From Vicugna vicugna (Eukaryota), in the NCBI GenBank assembly GCA_013265495.1, contig MU058241.1, positions 1,179,249-1,243,248 on the forward strand: a stretch of DNA of 64,000 bases, written 5' to 3'. Below are positions 25,521 through 36,244 of the stretch, piece after piece; positions within the stretch are counted from its first letter, which is position 1, and the number at the start of each line of letters is the position of its first letter. Position numbers and translations under genes: made by a program. The notes under the pieces are model-generated. The model was not told where the DNA came from. It saw nothing but the letters and a program-made list of their open reading frames with translations, and made no database searches.

Positions 25521-25640
25521 CTCCTTCTGGTTCTCTTCTCTGCACGAAAGATGTCACGAAGACTGATTTTTTTCACAGGCCCAGCTTTGGCATCTATGTT
25601 TGGAACTTGCTCGGTTGACTCTAGTTTTTCCAACGATGGA
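25521..25640 (-). CDS. Candidate symmetric (phase 2/2) exon
   Basis: ctctcattaaag|T PSLEKLESTEQVPNIDAKAGPVKKISLRDIFRAEKRTRR AG|gtgggc; 120 nt. Confidence 0.45.
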
Positions 25641-26109
25641 CTTTAATGAGAGTGGGGGTCATTGGGAGATGAGAAGATTTTTCAAGTCTAATTTATCTTC
25701 AGATAAGTAAGACACCCCACAGTTTGGAGATGCAGACTTGACTGAGATATTCACATGCCTTTTGTCTGAGCTGGTCATTACGAGAGCAGAGACAGAGTCT
25801 AATATCCTCAGTTTTCAAAATACTTGAGCCACATAGTTGCTGTGCTTCTCCGCGATTAATCTTTTTTAGGAGATTTTATTGTGCTGACTTCCTCTGCTCA
25901 CACCCAAAGGGTGTCTAACTAGAGGAAGGTTTCTACATTAATTCAGATTGTGTAACTGTAACCAAAAACTCTTAAGCATGGTGTGATACTTGAATTAATA
26001 TTTCTAACTTGAGATGTATTTCTAAATTGGAGATCGTAAAGAATACTTTTTCTGGACTTAAAAAAATTGTATTCCTCATTGTTCTTGGGTTGACAGGGCT
26101 CGGCTGGGT

Positions 26110-28575
26110 TTCCTTTCTTCTAATTGAAGTATATTTGACTTACAATGTTGTGCTGGCTTCAGGTGTACAGAAAATTGATTAAGATTCTTAAGATTCTTTT
26201 CAATCAGAGGTATTACAAGATATTGGCTATAGTTCTCTGTGCAACACAAAAGGTCCTTGTCATTTATCTGTTTTATATCTAGATGTGTATATGTTAATCC
26301 CCAAATGCTAATTTACCCTCAACCCTTTCCCCTTTGGTAACCATACATTTATTTCCAATGTCTGAGAGTCTATTTCTATTTTGTAAATAAGTTCATTTGT
26401 ATCATTTTTTAGATGCCACATATATGTATTCTTACCTATGACTGCTTTATGTAACACTTAGTGTGACAATCTCTAGGTCCATCCATGTTGCTACAAATGG
26501 CATTATTTCATTCTTTTTTATGTTAGTAGACACACACACATATACACACCACATCTCCTTTATCCAGTCATCTGTTGATGAACATTTAAATTGCTTCCAT
26601 CTCTTGGCGACTGTAAATAGTGCTGCTATGAACACTGCGGTGCATGTATCTTTTCAAATTACAGTTTTCTCTGGATATATGCCCAGGAGTGGGATTGCTG
26701 GGTTGTACGGTAAGTCTATTTTTCGTTTTTTATGGAACCTCCATACTGTTTTCCATAGTGCTGCACCAATGTTACATTCCCACCAACCGTGTAGGAGGGC
26801 TCCCTTTTCTCCACACCTTCTCCAGCATTTATTATTTGTAGAGTTTTTACTGACAGCCATTCTGACTGGTACTACCGGAGTGATACCTCATTGTGCTTCT
26901 GATTTGCATTTCCCCCTTAATTAGTGATGTTGAGCATCTTCTCCTATTCCTGTTGGTCACCTGTGTGTCTTCTATGGAGAAATGTCTATTTAGGTCTTCT
27001 GCCCATTTTTTAATTGGGGATTTGTTTTCATATTGACCTGTAAGAGCTGTTCATATATTTTGGAAATTAATCCCTTTTGGTCACATTATTTGCAAACATT
27101 TTCTCCCAGTCTGTAGGCTCTTTTTGTTCTGTTTATAGTTTCCTTTGCTGTGCAAAAGCTTTTTGCTGTGCGTAAGTTCAATTAGGTCTTGTTTGTTTAT
27201 TTTTGCTTTTATTTGCGTGACTTTAGGAGACTGATCTAAAAAAATATTGCTGCGATTTATGTCAAAGAGTGTTCTGCCTATGATTTCCTCTAGGAGTTTT
27301 ATAGTATCTGCTCTTCCATTTAGGTCTTCAATCCATTTTGAGTTTATTTTTATATATGATGCTAGAGACTGTGTTCTCATTTTATTTATTTACATGCAGC
27401 TGTCCAGTTTTTCCAGCACCAACTATTAAAGAAACTGTTTTCTCCATTGTATATTCCTGCTTTCTTTGTCACAGATTGACCATAAGTGTGTGGGTTTATT
27501 TCTGGACTTTTTATCCTGTTCCATTGATCTGTGTGTCTGCTTTTTTGTCAGTACCATGCTGTTTTGATGACTTTATCTTTGTAATGTAGTGTGAAGTCAG
27601 GGAGAGTGATTCCTCCAGCTCCATTCTTCTTTCGCAAGAGTGTTTTGGTTACTTGGAGTCTTCTGTGTATCCATACAAATTTTAAAATATACTGTTCCAG
27701 TTCTGTGAAGACTGCCATAGGTAATATGATAGCGATTGCACTGACTCTCTATGTTGCCTTGGTTAGTATGGTCATTTTAAGAGTATTGATTCTTCCAACC
27801 CAAGAACACAGTATTCTTTCCATTTGTGTCCTCTTTCAATTTTTTATAGTTTTCAGAGCACAGCTCTCTTGCCACCTTAGGTAGGTTTATTCCTAGGTAT
27901 TTTATTCTTTTTGATGTGATGGTAAGTGGGATTGTTTCCTTAATTTCTCTTTCTGCTAGTTCATTGTTAGTGCAGAGAAATGGAATAGGTTTGTGTGGTA
28001 CCTTTGTATTCTGCACCTTTACCAGGTTCGCTGATGAGCTCCAGTCGTTGTCTGGTGGCGTCTTTAGGGTTTTCCACGTATAGCGTTATGTCACCATCTG
28101 CAGTGACAGGTTTATGTCTTCTTTTCCCATTTGCATTCCTTTTCTTCTCTGATTGCTGGGGTTAGGATTTCCGCAACTATGTTAAACAACAGTGGAGACG
28201 GTGGGCATCCTGGTCTTGCTCCTGATCTTAGAGGGAATGCTTTCACCTTTTCACTGTTGAGTGTGATACATGTGGCCTTTGTTATGTTGAGGTATGTTCC
28301 CTCTGTGCCCACTTTCTGGACAGTTTCTATCATAAACGGATGTTGAATTTTATCAAAAGCCTTTTCGCCATCTATTCTGATGATCGTATGGTTTTTATTC
28401 TTCAGTTTGTTAATGTGGTGTGCAGATACTGAAAAATCTTTGATCACAACGTATGATCCTTTTAATGTACTGTGGGATTCAATTCACTAGTATTTTGTTG
28501 AGGAATTCTGTATTTTGGCCTTTTAGTATACGTGTGATAAGATAGCTTTGTCTGCTTTTGGTATCAGGGTGCAGC
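26110..28575 (-). mobile_element. 5'-truncated, degenerate L1 (ORF2 RT to 3' end)
   Basis: Peptides AFDKIQHPFM, AFPLRSGARPGCPPSPLLFNIV and [19 protein letters not shown]; frameshifted; 3' tail near 26110. Confidence 0.92.
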
Positions 28576-28690
28576 TAGTCTGACTTTTAAGAACTGAGTT
28601 TGTTAAGCATTTTCTGCTTGTCCCCACCACTGTCCCATAAGACTCGTGTGGATGCTTACAACGTACAACCAAGTGCAGACTCTCCTTTAC

Positions 28691-28745
28691 CAATTCAGCC
28701 TGCAGTTCTGACTTGGAGGATAGTTCTGCCCATGCTAATTTTGTG
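28691..28745 (-). CDS. Candidate exon of unannotated minus-strand gene
   Basis: tgtatttcag|C TKLAWAELSSKSELQAEL|gtaaag; 55 nt, phase 2 to 0. Confidence 0.35.
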
Positions 28746-28901
28746 CTGAAATACATTCTCAGTCCTTATTTGCGTCTGGGCGTTCTCCTTCATCACAGGT
28801 GTGGGAAGGCAGTTCTAAAACCTGGATTTGCTCTCCCTCAGCATCTGACACCTTGCACAAGGTCCGTTCTGAAAGCCTACTTCTATTTCGGCTTGTCTTA
28901 C

Positions 28902-28946
28902 CCCTTACGCCCCTCCTTCCGATTTGTAAGCACCTGGTCTGCTTGC
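28902..28946 (-). CDS. Candidate symmetric (phase 2/2) exon
   Basis: cctaattaacag|G QADQVLTNRKEGRK GG|gtaaga; 45 nt, in frame with 28691-28745. Confidence 0.35.
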
Positions 28947-31299
28947 CTGTTAATTAGGTTAATTCCCCATTAGCCCTGGTAAGAGTGACACCCAACTGCC
29001 TTAAAATTCTCCTCATTGCTAAAAAGGCATGCATTAATTCATATGTTCTAGAGTGGGTTTCTAAAAAAGGAAACCTTGAAATTAAGGAAGGACTAACACG
29101 CACTGGCTGGGGAAGAAGTAGCGAAGACTACGAACCAGAGAGGACATCTCCGGGAAGGAGGAACAGGATGTAAGGGGTATCTGGAAGGAGGTCATGCTAA
29201 CGTGTCATCTGTTTCTCTGAAGCATCTTCTACGTGCAGGGTGGTGACCAGGGGAGATAAGACTAGGGTGTGTCCTGGAAGCCAACCTGCCCCTGCCTGGC
29301 CGGCCTCAGGAGTGTGTGGTGCCTCCCTGGGAAGCGGAGAGACGCCGATTCCAGAGCGTGGAGGGAGGGGGGCGTCACTGTCACATTTCAGGAAGGTAAA
29401 TCTGAAATCATGGAGTGGGAATGAGAAAAGACGTGAGGAAGCAGTTTTAGAGATGAGTGAGTGTGTGACAGGGTTAGATGCTCTGAAGTAAAGTCACGGT
29501 GGAGAACGGAGAGAAATCACTGAACGACTTTTCTCGTAAGGCCACTTGGGTCATTCAAACGAACCCACCCTGAACAAAAAGAATGTTAAAAAAGCCTGGA
29601 TAAAGTTACCTTTAAAGACTTCTTCAGAGCATCAAAGAGCTGCAACGACCCTGTGGAACTGCGAGACGAGTCATTTTGGGGAAAAGCCTAAACCCAGAGA
29701 AATCAGGTGAGTATTGCACCCTTCTAGCTGCTTTGGCCTAGACGTGAGTGGCTGATACCACAAATGTGGGTTTGCATCTGAGTTGCAGCCCTTGCCCTGC
29801 CCTGGGGACAGGGCGCCCAAGATCTCATAAGAGATGCTTCCATCTTTAAAGTGGGGCCTCCTATCGGTGAAAATCAGAACTAAACCAGCCTAGTTCTACT
29901 GAAACCACAGCATGCAGAGAAGGCTTTGCTTTTGGCTAGAGCAGAGGAAGGGCATGATTAACAAGAACAACAAAAATACGCCCTTGGGAAATGGGTCTAG
30001 ACAAGATGGATTTGCTTTTGTACAAGGTCACTTGTGGGAGATGGTTGGCATCCGCTTTGAAACTAACCCAGCTGGGAGCTCTGCGAGGAAGGTTAGGTTT
30101 GAGGACTCTGAGGACTCAACAGGGATATGCTGCCTTGGAGGGATAGAACTATGGGAGTGGGGAGGAGGAGAGGACAAGACGGAAAGATGCTGTAGGGGGT
30201 GCAGAGATGGAGGACCAGGAGACGGGGTGTATCAGCTTCTCCCAGGGACAGGTTCACATTCACGGGATGTGAAGTGTCCTCAGGAGAAACCATTAAGGCC
30301 CAGCGGGAAACCGGGAGGGAAGGCAGCCAGGTAGCTCCTGGTGGGAGCTGTCAGGAACCTGCAGCTGCTGGGGCAGAGTCACAGAGCCGGGGCTCAAGGA
30401 TCCTGGAGATCAGGGGTACCATCGACATAACAAAAGAGGAGGAAAGTCACTTCAGCTTGTGTGATCCCAGTGTGCAGGGAACGGAGCGATAGCCAGCTCC
30501 TCAGAGAGGCCAAACAGAGACCGAAGAGGTCCAAGAGGGCTGGAACTCATCTGTGACCCCAGGGAGCCGTTTCAGGAAAGCCCTGGGAGGAGGAAGCAGG
30601 ATTTAAGGGAGGAAAAATGAAAGGGTGAGAACTGAGCACACAGAGCCAGAGGAAGGTCCCCGCTGGGCTGTTCAGCAGTGAGGTACGGCGGCAGGAAGCC
30701 CCGTGCTGAGGGGGTGCTCTCAGGAGAGCTGCTCTCCACAGAGTGCATCTGAACACGGTCACAGCCCAAACGGCTGCTAGCAACTCACGTTTGTAGAAAG
30801 GCCCCACTGCGCTCCGACTGGAAGTAAGTCTTACTAAACGGCGTTCCGTGAGTGCATCACGTTTCGTCTGCTCCGGGAACAGAGCCCTGGCAGCTCGCAG
30901 GTGAGGCACGCTTCTGTTCCGGGGAATCCTGTCTGGAAAACTCCGGGGAGGGCTCTTCAGGCACGCAACGCTGTGGAATCCAGAAAACAATTACAGGAAA
31001 TGACTTTGCACACACACTTTGGTTTTGCAGCTGGGTAATCTGCACTTTTAACTCGAGCATGAAGTCCCTGAACGAACTAAGACTTTCATACAAGGTGTGC
31101 TGTGTCCTGCCATCATAGTCTTCCGTCCCTCCGTCTCTCCCTCCTCCCACACAACAGGACCAGCTTACCCTTTGGTCCCCCAACAGCAGCAGACAGTGCG
31201 TGTTGTCTCTGACCCCACAGTGAGACGGAAGGGAGGGAGCCCAGAGCACGCCTCCTGGGCACCTGGTGGAGTCCAGGGAAAGCAAGCATCTACCCCAGC

Positions 31300-32230
31300 T
31301 AGACCCCGGAGAACCCACTACTGTGAGGCCCACAGACATCCGCCAGAGCCCTGCTCCAAGGCCCCTGCGGCGCCCAGGTGCTGCCGGTCACAGGTAACAA
31401 AGAGCATTCCCTTGGTGACACACAGCTGCCTGAGGTGAGCGGACCACCGTGGTAACGACCAAGCGCGCAAGGCCGGGAGGCCCGGCCCCCAGCACCGGGC
31501 GCAGCCCCACCCCCCCACGACCCCTCCCTTCCCCACCGTCTCAGCGTCAGCCGGTCAGGCCCTTGCGCACAAGCGCATCACGCGCCGAGCGGCCCCGCGG
31601 GACCTGCTGTAACTCTCCTCCTCACGGGCCTCAGCAGCCCGCCCTCGGGGCTCCCGCGGGCACCCCTCCGTGTGGCCTGCTGTCGTCTCTGGCAGCGCCA
31701 CCCAGTAAGCCCCTTCGTACTTTCATCCTTGGGCTCGGTAAGTTCTTTACGGCCCGCCGGCCCCCACGACGGCTCTCCGCAGCCCCTCGCCGCCCCGAGC
31801 CCCCAGCCCGCCAGCAGGGGTAAGCGCCAGCACCCCGGGAGGCCGAATTCCTACCCGGCTCCCCAGCGCCGCGGCTTTCTGTGCTGCCGGAACCCCCAAC
31901 AGCTGCCCGCCGCCTGAGGCTTCCGCGAGCTGCCTGCTCTCTCCGGCCCTGACGCCACGGTCTCGGGCAGAAACACGCTGGCTTCCAGGCGCCGCCGGGA
32001 CGTCTGCTTCCGGCCCCGGACGTCAGCACCCTGGCGCCCCCGCGCCCGGGGTCCCGGCTTCAGCGACCGCAGCGCCCCGGCCTTGCCTCCACGCTGGACG
32101 CCCCGGCGGCGCCGGGCAGCCCGCCCCGCAGCTGCTCTCCTCACTCCATGTCCTCCCGGAGCCCGGAGCCGGCTCACCGTCGATTTCCTCCCGCAAGGGG
32201 GAACACGTCACTTCACTCCCGAGCACATGC
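31300..32230. promoter_or_regulatory. CpG island / probable promoter
   Basis: Very GC- and CpG-rich, not recognisably repeat-derived; CRE-like GACGTC at 31999-32004 and GACGTCA at 32019-32025, ETS CTTCCGG at 32007-32013, X-box-like ATTCCCTTGGTGAC at 31406-31419. Confidence 0.8.
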
Positions 32231-32232
32231 CA
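32178..32232 (-). CDS. Candidate exon of unannotated minus-strand gene
   Basis: gcttgcttttcag|WHVLGSEVTCSPLREEID G|gtgagc; 55 nt, phase 0 to 1, strong sites. Confidence 0.5.
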
Positions 32233-32867
32233 CTGAAAAGCAAGCAGGGCCCAACAAGCAGTTTAGATATGTGCACTGCCTTTTCCTTTTCAATCGACAA
32301 TCTGTCCTGATGCTGTAGCGTTTTCCCCAGTTTATAAATTACCAAGCAATCAGGATATCTCACAGGCTTCTCACGTGTTTCTCTTGCACACAGTGGTTAC
32401 TTGTAGAATTTTTAATCCAGATAGGAGAGAGACGACCGGACAAAAGTGAAAAGTTTCTATGTTTTGTGACATGCACTACTTCAAGGTCAAGAAAATTCCG
32501 TATGATACAAAGCTTAGTAACTCACGTAGGTTTAAACACATAATCGATGAAATCACATCATCTTTTATCCACTCAAATAAAGCATGAGCAGATTTATTTT
32601 GATGATATTTCTATTCATTGATCCAACAACTATTTATTAAAGCCGATAAGCTCTGAGTACGCTAAGCAGGTTGGACTGGGTCCCTGTTCTCAGGGGACTT
32701 CTATTTTCTGGGAAGTGAGTTTAGGAAGATTTCCAAAGAATTTAGAAAGAAAAGAAAATGAAAAGAAATCTCCCCAAGAGCAGAATTATAAGAAACAGTG
32801 TCATGTCCCCAACACTACGCTGACAGACAACGCTGTCACTGCTTTGGGATTCTGATAGTGTCCTCTT

Positions 32868-32980
32868 TTCTTATTTTGCGAGGGGAGGTATTTATTTTTA
32901 GAGGAAGGACTGGGGATTGAACCCAGGGCCTTGTTCACGCTAAGCACGCGCTGTACCACTGAGCTGTACCCTCCCCCCCC
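32868..32980 (-). mobile_element. Vic-1-like SINE (duplication copy 1)
   Basis: ggactggggattgaacccagggccttgttcacgctaagcacgcgctgtaccactgagctgtaccctccccc. Confidence 0.9.
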
Positions 32981-33349
32981 ACAGTGTCTTTAAATTAAAA
33001 ATTACATTCTTTTCCCTCAAAAGGAGCGTACCTTTAAGATTTTTTTCTTCCTTACCGAATAGAATGATCCAGTGTCCTTCCATGAAATGCCTCCTTGAGG
33101 AAGGGGTGTGACTTTCAAAACCTCACAGTGGTGACCACCCGCATCATGAGACTGGGTCCCTGTTCACAGGGGACTTCTATTTTCTGGGAAGTGAGTTTAG
33201 GAAGATTTCCAAAGGATTTAGAAACAAAGAGAGAAAGAAAAGAAAATGAAATCTCCCCAAGAGCACCATTATAAGAAACAGTGTCATGTCCCCAAAACTA
33301 CGCTGACAGACAACGCTGTCACTGCTTTGGGATTCTGATAGTGTCCTCT

Positions 33350-33463
33350 TTTCTTATTTTGCGAGGGTAGGTATTTATTTTTAGAGGAGGGACTGGGGAT
33401 TGAACCCAGGGCCTTGTTCACGCTAAGCACGCGCTCTACCACTGAGCTGTACCCTCCCCCCCC
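33350..33463 (-). mobile_element. Vic-1-like SINE (duplication copy 2)
   Basis: Same SINE body as 32868-32980, duplicated with its flanks. Confidence 0.9.
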
Positions 33464-33540
33464 AACAGTGTCTTTAAATTAAAAATTACATTCTTTTCCC
33501 TCAAAAGGAGCGTACCTTTAAGATTTTTTTTCTTCCTTAC

Positions 33541-33696
33541 CGAATAGAATGATCCAGTGTCTTTCCATGAAATGCCTCCTTGAGGAAGGGGTGTGACTTT
33601 CAAAACCTCACAGTGGTGACCACCCGCATCATGAGACTGACCAACGCCAAAGCACTCGTTTTCAGAAATGCTTCTGTGACTCTGTATGTGTGACTT
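33541..33696 (-). CDS. Candidate symmetric (phase 0/0) exon of unannotated minus-strand gene
   Basis: ttctcccgctttcag|KSHIQSHRSISENECFGVGQSHDAGGHHCEVLKVTPLPQGGISWKDTGSFYS|gtaagg; 156 nt, strong sites. Confidence 0.55.
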
Positions 33697-33818
33697 CTGA
33701 AAGCGGGAGAAAGTCTTGGAAGGTTCCAGGCGCCCTGCTGCGTCGGCATCTTGAACCCAGTATAACTGGACTCTCAGTGAACCGCAGGCGCGTTTGTCCC
33801 GTCCGATGAGCACATTAC

Positions 33819-33876
33819 CAGCACAGGCACAGCAAGAGATACGTTGCTTTCTTGCCGGTACTGCCACACATAAGTT
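33819..33876 (-). CDS. Candidate exon of unannotated minus-strand gene
   Basis: gactccag|A TYVWQYRQESNVSLAVPVL|gtaatg; 58 nt; all three frames open, phase 2 to 0 chosen because it links the neighbouring exons. Confidence 0.35.
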
Positions 33877-34641
33877 CTGGAGTCACTGCTCGCTGCAAAA
33901 TAGAGTTAAATATACTGAATCTCCAGGACAGCGTCTGCAGTTGAACTGTATTCAGTTTTATTAAAATGACAGTAAAATTGTGATGTTTACCCAGCGCTCC
34001 TGGCAACACTTCTGTCATTCAGAGGGTCTTCTGCAAGGCCCCCCCCCCCACTTCTCTGCCCTCCGCCCCTCTCCCCAGGCTCCACAGTCACCACCACCTG
34101 CCTACGGCTCCACGTTCACTTCATCTTTGTCTTCCAAAGCTGCCTCTCCTCTTTTGATTTTTTTTTTCTTTTTTTAATGGACAAGAGTCTGAAACTAGTG
34201 CTGTGTCTCAAAAAAGCAACTAATTACAGAACTGCATATTTGTGACGTTTTATGTTTCCCTGTCTCCTTTTTATATCTTTAATTACATTTAAGCGTTTCA
34301 GGAATCCATTATGTGCCGTAATCAAACATCATCTTGCCTGGTGCGTTTACTCCTCTTTTAAATCTGGATTTCTCAAATGACTCTGCTATTTTTATCTGTT
34401 TAACTCCGTCCTCTCTAGCCTTCCTGGACAAACAGAGAGGGTTCACTGGTTTGTCTGCAAACCCCTGCAAACTGTCCAGTGACGTGAGTTGCCTAGTTAG
34501 CCATATTTATTCTCTGACAGAAAATAAAAGACAAGACAGAAGCAACAGCCCGGACTTCATAGACAGACAGACTCAAATTCTAATCCTCTCTTAGCTTCTG
34601 CTTCAGTCTAAGTCATCTCCTGAACAAAAATGTATTCATCT

Positions 34642-34804
34642 TGAGACGGAGGGTCAACTCAGCGGTAGAGCGCACGCCTAGCATGCACAAGGTCAGCACC
34701 TCCATCCAACAAACAGACGAATAAACCTAATTACCCCTCCTCCTAAAAAGATTAATTGAAACAATAAAAATGTTTTACCAATTAAAAAAACAAACCCCAA
34801 AGCT
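34642..34804 (+). mobile_element. Vic-1-like SINE (internally deleted)
   Basis: ggagggtcaactcagcggtagagcgcacgcctagcatgcacaaggtc...taaacctaattacc; 14-bp TSD aaatg(t/c)attcatct at 34628-34641 and 34805-34818. Confidence 0.85.
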
Positions 34805-35479
34805 AAATGCATTCATCTATCAGATGAACATAGGACTTACTCTGAAGCTGTTATGAGGATGAAAAACATGAGAGAAGTTGGCAGCGCAACAAACTGGTTC
34901 CCTGGCCTGTAAAATAATGTTTGCAGGTTCTTCTTCAAAGCAGGGACACCAACCCAGGCAGACATGGCTTCCTTTTCCGCTCATCCTAAAATATGGATCA
35001 GTGCCTCTGTAGACTTTTCAATTAAAAATGCCATTAGGATGCTTGTGGACCAAAATGCCAATCAGCTGTTTCTCTACAGCACACAGACCTCACTCCTGAA
35101 GTCACCTTCACATAAGGACAGAAGAACTGAACTGAAAAATAGGTTTCAAATTCCTCTAAGTATAAGATGATTTGTAACAGAAGGTGGGGTTGAGTTTGCA
35201 GAACTCTGACGCCTTTGTTTTTTAAAAGATGTATGCCTAGATAAGAGGTAGGAGGACCTGTCACAGAGAGACTCGCTACAAACTTACACAAGAAGGAAAT
35301 ATCTCCATCTGTTACTTCAGGAGGGAAACAGAACTGTCTGTGAACTAGTTAAACTCACTCCATAGAAACATAAGGAACATTTCAAGGAGAAAAGGGAGGG
35401 TCATCGTTTCTTAGGTGAAAACTTTCTTGCTAAGTCAGAGAAACTAAAAAGCACAGGTTCCCTCTTAAAAATTTCTTAC

Positions 35480-35645
35480 ATTTCACCAGTGGTGATTCCA
35501 CAGTCTCTGTGAATCTCCTTCCATGACATCTCAGTGGGTGTGAGCAAGGAATATTGAGGAAGATGTCCCTGGATACCTCCATGACTTTCGCTTTGCTGTG
35601 GCCTCGGGCAGTTATACGGAACTGCATCATATCCGACGCCAGGTG
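35480..35645 (-). CDS. Candidate exon of unannotated minus-strand gene
   Basis: ttttgcctctgtttcag|CA PGVGYDAVPYNCPRPQQSESHGGIQGHLPQYSLLTPTEMSWKEIHRDCGITTGE AT|gtaaga; 166 nt, phase 1 to 2. Confidence 0.55.
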
Positions 35646-35718
35646 CTGAAACAGAGGCAAAACCAGGGCTCACATGTGCTCAAGAGAGAACGGTTTACAA
35701 GCTCAGCATCACTGCTAC

Positions 35719-35792
35719 CAATCACGTCTGTTCCTATAATGGGATGGAATGAATCAATAGAGTTGTTGTGGTCATTTGTCAAGATTTCAGAT
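35719..35792 (-). CDS. Candidate exon of unannotated minus-strand gene
   Basis: tcattatttag|A SEILTNDHNNSIDSFHPIIGTDVI G|gtagca; 74 nt, phase 2 to 1; 73-nt intron to the next exon. Confidence 0.4.
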
Positions 35793-36206
35793 CTAAATAA
35801 TGATATTCCATAACATTGTCAAGACAGTATGCTAACAGGAAATAAACATGGAGCTTTACAATATTTTAAAATTATGTAAATAGTTTTGACAGGAACTAAT
35901 GTTTTAAAACAAGAAGCCTGGAGATACACAAGCACACCAAGAACAGGGGGCTTTACCAAGCCCTACATAAAATAATGAAAGTATTGATTAAATGAGAGAA
36001 TTCAATGGTGCCTAAAGGAAGTCATTATCAGGGAGTCTCTCTGCTAAATTCAGACATGTGCTTCATTCCATTACTACTACAAACTAAACGAAAATAATAA
36101 AATAGGAAGCAAAATAATTAAGCTCTTACTGTATTTCCATCTAACCCTGGCATGGATATGCGCCAACAGCGACAACAAACGATGAGCAACACTCAAACGA
36201 TTTTAC

Positions 36207-36244
36207 CTTTTAAAAAATGGACACTCCGAGTTCATCATGATGAG
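36207..36244 (-). CDS. Candidate exon of unannotated minus-strand gene
   Basis: cttggctttccag|LIMMNSECPFFK AG|gtaaaa; 38 nt, only the phase 0 to 2 frame is open. Confidence 0.4.

Larger units (their letters stand above)
32674..33639. repeat. ~476-485-bp tandem duplication (2 copies), each containing a Vic-1-like SINE
   Basis: 32674-33149 vs 33150-33634 are near-identical; GACTG microhomology at 32674, 33150 and 33635. Confidence 0.96.

Noticed and set aside
29540..30100. + strand donor CAG|gtgagt near 29706 and a nearby 140-aa ORF
   Set aside because: Region resembles an ancient L1 5' remnant, and I found no partner exons on the + strand.
31449..32310. Multiple Arg/Pro/Ala-rich ORFs, considered as a VCX-like gene because of synteny
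   Set aside because: Typical CpG-island open frames; no VCX-type acidic 10-residue repeats; VCX is primate-specific.
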